A stretch of DNA of 64,000 bases from Candidatus Eiseniibacteriota bacterium (GTDB lineage Bacteria; Eisenbacteria; RBG-16-71-46): positions 160,001 to 224,000 of the forward strand of contig CAVZLN010000006.1 in assembly GCA_963776245.1 (NCBI GenBank), written 5' to 3'. The notes under the pieces were generated by a model, which saw only the letters and a list, made by a program, of their open reading frames with translations, did not search any database and was not told the DNA's origin. The position numbers and the translations under genes were made by a program. Below are positions 57,603 to 64,000 of this stretch, one piece after another (positions within the stretch are counted from its first letter, which is position 1; each line of letters starts with the position of its first letter).

Positions 57603-58399
57603 GCCACGACCTCCCCGGCGGCGGGCCCTCCCCGTCCGCATTCTCCCTGCCGGAGCCTCCGAGCCTGGCCGCCCCCGCGCATCCCACCGGCGCCCGGGCT
57701 GCCGACGGGCCCTCGGTGGTCGCCCTCGCCCACGACCTCAACAACCTCCTCCAGACCATCCAGGGATACGCCGAACTGTTGGCCGCGGGGCTGCCCCAGA
57801 ACGACCCCGGGCGCGCGCACCTCGAATCCCTGCGTGAGGCGATCGACCGTTCGGCGCGGCTCGTCAAGGGCCTGCGCAGCGCGAGCCTCCCGGTCCCGCT
57901 CGGACCTGTCCCGCTCGACCTCAACGGCTTCCTGTGGACGATGCGCCCGCTGCTCGAGCATCTGCTCGGGCCGACTGTGCACCTCGAGTTCGACCTCGGG
58001 TTCGAGTCGGCGCCGCTGGTGGTGGATCCTGACGCGCTCGAGCAGTCGGTGATGAACCTCGCGCTCAATGCACGGGACGCGATGGAGAACGGTGGGCGGC
58101 TGCGTCTCGCGACGGCCGAGATCCGGCTCGACGCCGCCGCGGCGAGTTCGATCCCCGGCGCACGGCCGGGCCCCTTCGCGCGGCTGACGATCGCGGACGA
58201 TGGCTGTGGCATGACCGACCAGACGCGCCGACGCGCGTTCGAACCGTTCTTCACCACCAAGCCGAAGGACCGCGGAAGCGGCCTCGGTCTGGCCGCGGTC
58301 CGCAGTTTCGTGGACCGCAGCGGCGGGTTCATCACCCTCGAGTCCGCTCCCGGTGAGGGCTGCCGGGTCGACCTCCATCTCCCGCAAAGCGGGCGATGA
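57599..58399 (+). CDS. Histidine kinase (HisKA + HATPase) without sensor or receiver domain
   Basis: LAHDLNNLL, MNLALNARDAM, DDGCGM, FEPFFTTK, GSGLGLA; GTG start overlaps the upstream stop. Confidence 0.85.
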   Translation: MSHDLPGGGPSPSAFSLPEPPSLAAPAHPTGARAADGPSVVALAHDLNNLLQTIQGYAELLAAGLPQNDPGRAHLESLREAIDRSARLVKGLRSASLPVPLGPVPLDLNGFLWTMRPLLEHLLGPTVHLEFDLGFESAPLVVDPDALEQSVMNLALNARDAMENGGRLRLATAEIRLDAAAASSIPGARPGPFARLTIADDGCGMTDQTRRRAFEPFFTTKPKDRGSGLGLAAVRSFVDRSGGFITLESAPGEGCRVDLHLPQSGR

Positions 58400-58420
58400 G
58401 TGGCCCCTCGGCTCGAATGG

Positions 58421-58452
58421 CCGCGGCCCCGGTCGATCGACCGGGGCCGCGG
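58421..58452. terminator. Perfect 32-bp palindrome between convergent genes
   Basis: CCGCGGCCCCGGTCGA|TCGACCGGGGCCGCGG. Confidence 0.6.
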
Positions 58453-58478
58453 GTGCATCGGCCGCGCGCGGGCGGCGT

Positions 58479-60125
<1,647 letters not shown>

Positions 60126-60129
<4 letters not shown>

Positions 60130-60629
60130 TCGCCCTCGACGCCAGCGTGCTCGCTTACGCGGTGAACCGCTACGCGCCCGAGCACGCGCGCGCCGCGGAA
60201 GCGCTCGAGCGGGTGGCCAACGACGAGCGCCCATGGGGGCTGCCGGTGAGCGCGGTGCACGCCTTCCTCGCGCTCGTCACGCATCCGCACCGGGTCGGGC
60301 GGCCCCTGCAGTCCGCCGAAGCCCTCGGGTTCCTCGAGGCGCTGCTGGCCAGCGCGTCGGGCCGGCTGCTCCTCCCCACCGCGCGCCACGTCGCCATGGT
60401 GCGCGAGGTGCTGGCGTTCCTGCCCCCGGGCGAGCCGGCGGCGGCCGCGCTCGAGACCGCCGTGCTGCTGCGCGAGCACGGCGTCCGCGAGGTGCTGAGC
60501 TGCGACCGGGGACTGCGCCGTTTCCCGTTCCTCGAGGTGCGCGATCCGGTGCACGACGCGGTGCGGTCCCCGCACGCGCCGCCCGAGCGTCGCTATCGGG
60601 TGCTGCGCCCGCGGGCCGCGCGCCCCTGA
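60126..60629 (+). CDS. VapC-like PIN-domain protein
   Basis: IALDASVLAYAVN..PEH, FLALVTHP, LLREHGVREVLSCDRGLRRFPFLEVRDP. Confidence 0.75.
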
Positions 60630-60677
60630 CGGACCGGGCGCGCGGCCCGACTCAGGGGCGCGGGGTGGCGCCCCGAC

Positions 60678-62819
60678 TCAGGGCACGGGCTTCTTGAACG
60701 CGTCGGGGGCCACCGGCGGATCGAGCCTGAGGGCGGTCACCTTCGAGTCCATGAACGGCTTGCCATCGAGCGTCATCTTCTCGGAGCGGGGATACGAGAG
60801 CGCCCCCTCCGGCTGCCAGTCGGCGTAGACGAGGGTCACCTTCGCCGGCCCGCCCTGCGGGCCCTCCCCGACGTACTCCGAGCGCGTCAGCCGGCCGTCC
60901 GGACCGAAGAACAGCATCCAGTCGGTCACCAGCTCGCTCTTCACCAGCACCACGTCGAGACGCACGCCGTCGACGGTCTGCGCCTCGGGCAGGGCCTGCA
61001 GCGTCAGGTCCTGTCCATGGCCGAAGAGGCGGAACAGCGACCGCTCCCACTCCCGTTTCATCTCCGTCACCATGCGCGGCTGGTCCTGCACCTGGCCCAT
61101 CGCGGCCATCCAGGCCGACGTGCCGTCGCAACCCTGCTTGAGCTCCATCATCGGCAGCTTCTGCGTGCTCACCTGCCGGTCGGGGAACTGCCAGAGGACG
61201 CTTCCCTGCACGCTCAGGCTCTGGCCCTGGACCTCCACCGTCGCCTGCTGCTCGATGGCCACGGCCTTGACCGCGCCCCATGCCGCGGCGCCTCCGGCTC
61301 CCGCGGCGGCGCGCTCGAGCCGGGCACGCCCCTGAGCCATGGCCTCGGGCGTCGCCTCGCCCGCCGCCACCTTCGACGGCGGCGGCGGGATGGCGATGTC
61401 CACGCGCTCGACCGGCAGCCCCGCGGACTCGAGCGGACGCTCGAAGTCCTTCTCCTTGCCCACCAGCACCGCGCTCAGCGCCTCGGGATGCACCTTGCGC
61501 TTCGCCGCCTCGAGCATCGAGGCCGGAGTCACGGCGCTGAGCGCCCTCTGGTAGCGGCTCAGGAAGTCGAGCGGATATCCCTTCACCTGGTAGTAGGCGG
61601 CGCGGAACAGCACCGCCGACGGCTCCTCGAAGTTGAAGACGAAGGCGTTCTGCACCGCGTCCTTCGCCACCGCGAACTCGGCGTCGGTGAAGGGCTCGCG
61701 CACCGAGCGCGCCACCTCCTCGCGCAGCAGGTCGAGCGCCGTGAGCGCGGAGTCGTTCCGCGTCAGGGTGTACGCGAAGAACACGCCGGGGCGCTGGAAG
61801 TCGGCGCCCGCGCGCGCGCCCGCGCTGTAGGCGAGTCCGCGCTGCGTGCGGATGCGGTTGATGAGCCGCGACGCGAACCCGCCGCCCAGCGCGTTCTCGT
61901 ACACCTGCATCGCGGCGTAGTCGGGATCGTCGACGCGGTGTCCGAGGTGGGTCAGCAGGATCCCGGTCTGGGTCACGTCGTCCTTGGGCGCGAACAGCAG
62001 CCGCCGTGGCTGCTCCCCGGCCACCGGCGGCAGCGCCGGCACCGGCGTGCCGCTCTTCTTCCAGTCCGCGAGGGCGGCGGTCAGCTGGCGCTTCATGTCC
62101 GCGCTGCGGAAGTCCCCGTACACCGCGATCACCGTGCGCTCGGGCACGAACACGCGCGCGTGCAGCTTCGCGCAGTCCTCCCGGGTGATGGGCTCGATGG
62201 TGGCGTACTCCGGGATGCGCGCCCACGGGCTGCCCTTGCCGTAGACCGCCTGGCTGGCGACCCGATTCAGCACCGGGATCATCTCGTCATTGCGACTGGC
62301 GATGGACTGGCGCAGTCCCACCTTGGCCAGCTCGATCTTGTCCTCGGGGAACACCGGCCGGCGCAGCACGTCGGCGAACAGCCCCACCACCTCGGCGGTG
62401 TTCTCGGTCAGGCAGCGGAAGCCGCCGTAACCGAGGTCGCCCGAGAGCGACGTGGAGACCGAGGCCCCGAGCGCGGCCAGATGGTCGTCGAGCGCGTCGC
62501 CGGCATGCGCGGCGGTCCCGCCGCTGCGCATCACCTCACCCGTGACGCTGGCGAGCCCGGCCCGGTCGTCGGGGACCAGCAGCGGGCTCGACGGGAGGTA
62601 CGCGGTGCCCTGGACCACCGGCAGGGTGTGGTCCTCGAGCAGGAACACCACCACGCCATTGGGCAGCGTGATCCGTTCCGGCGTGACCGTCTTCACCGCG
62701 CGCAGCGGCGGCGTGACGAGGCGCCGGGGATCGAAGCGCGAGTCCTCGGAGCGCGCGGCCGGCGCGGCCACGAGGGTGGCGGCGATCGCCACCAGCAGTG
62801 TGAGTCGTGCGGTCGTCAT
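60678..62819 (-). CDS. M16 peptidase-like partner subunit with extra C-terminal beta-rich domain
   Basis: Signal peptide; LPNGVVVFLLEDH, GGGFASRLINRIRTQRGLAY; no HxxEH; about 200-aa C-terminal extension. Confidence 0.85.
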   Translation of the reverse strand: MTTARLTLLVAIAATLVAAPAARSEDSRFDPRRLVTPPLRAVKTVTPERITLPNGVVVFLLEDHTLPVVQGTAYLPSSPLLVPDDRAGLASVTGEVMRSGGTAAHAGDALDDHLAALGASVSTSLSGDLGYGGFRCLTENTAEVVGLFADVLRRPVFPEDKIELAKVGLRQSIASRNDEMIPVLNRVASQAVYGKGSPWARIPEYATIEPITREDCAKLHARVFVPERTVIAVYGDFRSADMKRQLTAALADWKKSGTPVPALPPVAGEQPRRLLFAPKDDVTQTGILLTHLGHRVDDPDYAAMQVYENALGGGFASRLINRIRTQRGLAYSAGARAGADFQRPGVFFAYTLTRNDSALTALDLLREEVARSVREPFTDAEFAVAKDAVQNAFVFNFEEPSAVLFRAAYYQVKGYPLDFLSRYQRALSAVTPASMLEAAKRKVHPEALSAVLVGKEKDFERPLESAGLPVERVDIAIPPPPSKVAAGEATPEAMAQGRARLERAAAGAGGAAAWGAVKAVAIEQQATVEVQGQSLSVQGSVLWQFPDRQVSTQKLPMMELKQGCDGTSAWMAAMGQVQDQPRMVTEMKREWERSLFRLFGHGQDLTLQALPEAQTVDGVRLDVVLVKSELVTDWMLFFGPDGRLTRSEYVGEGPQGGPAKVTLVYADWQPEGALSYPRSEKMTLDGKPFMDSKVTALRLDPPVAPDAFKKPVP

Positions 62820-62820
62820 G

Positions 62821-64000
62821 TCAGCGCCCTCCCTGAGCGGCGGCTTGCGCCGGGGGACTCACGATCAGCGCGACGGTGCGATTGGTGCGCACCAGCGAAC
62901 GCGCCATGGCGGCGCGGAGGTCGTCGAGCGTGAGCGCCTGGACGCGCTCCTGCTCGCGGAAGAACGCATGCCAGTCGCCGGCCAGCGTCTGCGCGACCGC
63001 CAGCTCCGACGCCAGCCGGGCGCTGTTCTCGGCGGCATCGATCTTCTGGGCGCGCACCCGCACCTTGTAGCCGGCCAGCTCCTCGGCGGTGAAGGGCTTC
63101 GTCGACGACACCTCGTCGAGCACCGCGTAGGCCGCCTTCTCCACCGCCTCCGGGTCCTGGCCGGACGCCGGGACCAGCAGGAGGCCGAACAGGGTCGGGT
63201 ACTTCTCCCCGGGGAACCCCGCGATGGCGCTGGCCTGGACCGCGATCTTCTTCTCCTTCACCAGCGTCTTCTGCATCCGCGCGTGGTCTCCGCCGCCCAG
63301 CAGATCGGCGAGCGCCTTGTAGGCCGCGTAACTCGGATCGGTGACCGCCGGGATGTGCCAGCCGATGACCACCATCGGCTGCGCCGGGTCCTCGAGATAG
63401 ACGCGGCGCTCCGCCTTCTGCTCGGGTTCCACCGTGTCGATCCCCGGAGGCATCGGACCGGCCGGGATGTCCGCGAAGTAGCGCTCCGCGAGGGCGCGCA
63501 GCTCGTCGCGGCTCACGTCGCCCACCACCGCCACCGTCATGTTGGGCGCGACGTAGTAGCGCTTGAAGAACGCGTCGCCCTCGGTGCGGCTGAACGAGGC
63601 CAGGTCGGAGGCGAAGCCGATCCCGCCGAACCCGTACGGATGGGCGACGTAGGCGGCGTGGATGAACTCCTCGATCAGGCGGCCGATCGGCGAGGACTCG
63701 GCCCGCATGCGGCGCTCCTCCACCACCACCTCGCGTTCCTTGTAGAACTCACGGAACACCGGGTGCGCCATCCGACTGCCTTCCATCACGGCCCAAAGCT
63801 CGGCGCGGTTGGATGGGATCGAGTACTGGTAGCCGGTGAAGTCGCTGGCGGTGAACGCATTCAGGTCCTTCGCCCCCGCCTGCTCGAGCACGCGCGAGAA
63901 CTCGTTGGACTCCACCGTGGCCCGCGCGGCCTCCTGCGCGGCCGCGAACCCCGTCTGCAGTCCGCGCAGCCGGGCCGAGTCCGCGCGCGCGCCCTTGCGG
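62821..64000 (-). CDS. M16 zinc peptidase (5' end outside window)
   Basis: LNAFT..DFTGY, FREFYKEREVVVEERR, HPYG, YYVAPN. Confidence 0.85.
   Translation of the reverse strand, partial: RKGARADSARLRGLQTGFAAAQEAARATVESNEFSRVLEQAGAKDLNAFTASDFTGYQYSIPSNRAELWAVMEGSRMAHPVFREFYKEREVVVEERRMRAESSPIGRLIEEFIHAAYVAHPYGFGGIGFASDLASFSRTEGDAFFKRYYVAPNMTVAVVGDVSRDELRALAERYFADIPAGPMPPGIDTVEPEQKAERRVYLEDPAQPMVVIGWHIPAVTDPSYAAYKALADLLGGGDHARMQKTLVKEKKIAVQASAIAGFPGEKYPTLFGLLLVPASGQDPEAVEKAAYAVLDEVSSTKPFTAEELAGYKVRVRAQKIDAAENSARLASELAVAQTLAGDWHAFFREQERVQALTLDDLRAAMARSLVRTNRTVALIVSPPAQAAAQGGR

Noticed and set aside
60646..60683. 12-bp direct repeat CCCGACTCAGGG twice at the vapC / M16 junction
   Set aside because: Too short and only 26 bp apart; no mobile element between the copies

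Overview
Very GC-rich bacterial chromosomal window. The CTD/PorV-like/GWxTD proteins and a C-terminal SWGxLKxxYR tail suggest an FCB-group candidate lineage such as Ca. Eisenbacteria (inference). Most of the window is housekeeping genes on the minus strand: pfkA-gap-pgk-tpiA-secG-tRNA-Leu, ftsK-rimO-bamD-nadD-polA-coaE-prfB-PMM/PGM-mpg, and ahcY. The window also holds hppA (+) and two M16 peptidase pairs. Three accessory systems stand out. (1) An integrase-less integron cassette array (CALIN) at ~31.3-36.75 kb has five recognisable attC sites, two attC remnants and fused or deleted cassettes. (2) A putative sigma-54 circuit at 51.4-58.4 kb consists of a 1694-aa Ser/Thr kinase-ATPase-TPR-GAF-bEBP, three copies of a 16-bp palindromic box, a -24/-12 promoter, and a likely operon of a small secreted protein, a degenerate bEBP-like domain and a sensor-less histidine kinase. 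(3) An outer-membrane cluster at 7.2-17.6 kb encodes a beta-barrel, a TonB-dependent receptor, a CTD-bearing cargo, a PorV-like barrel and a GWxTD protein. The 18.4-20.9 kb stretch carries multiple indels that are probably assembly errors. All calls come from reading motifs by eye; no database searches were run.
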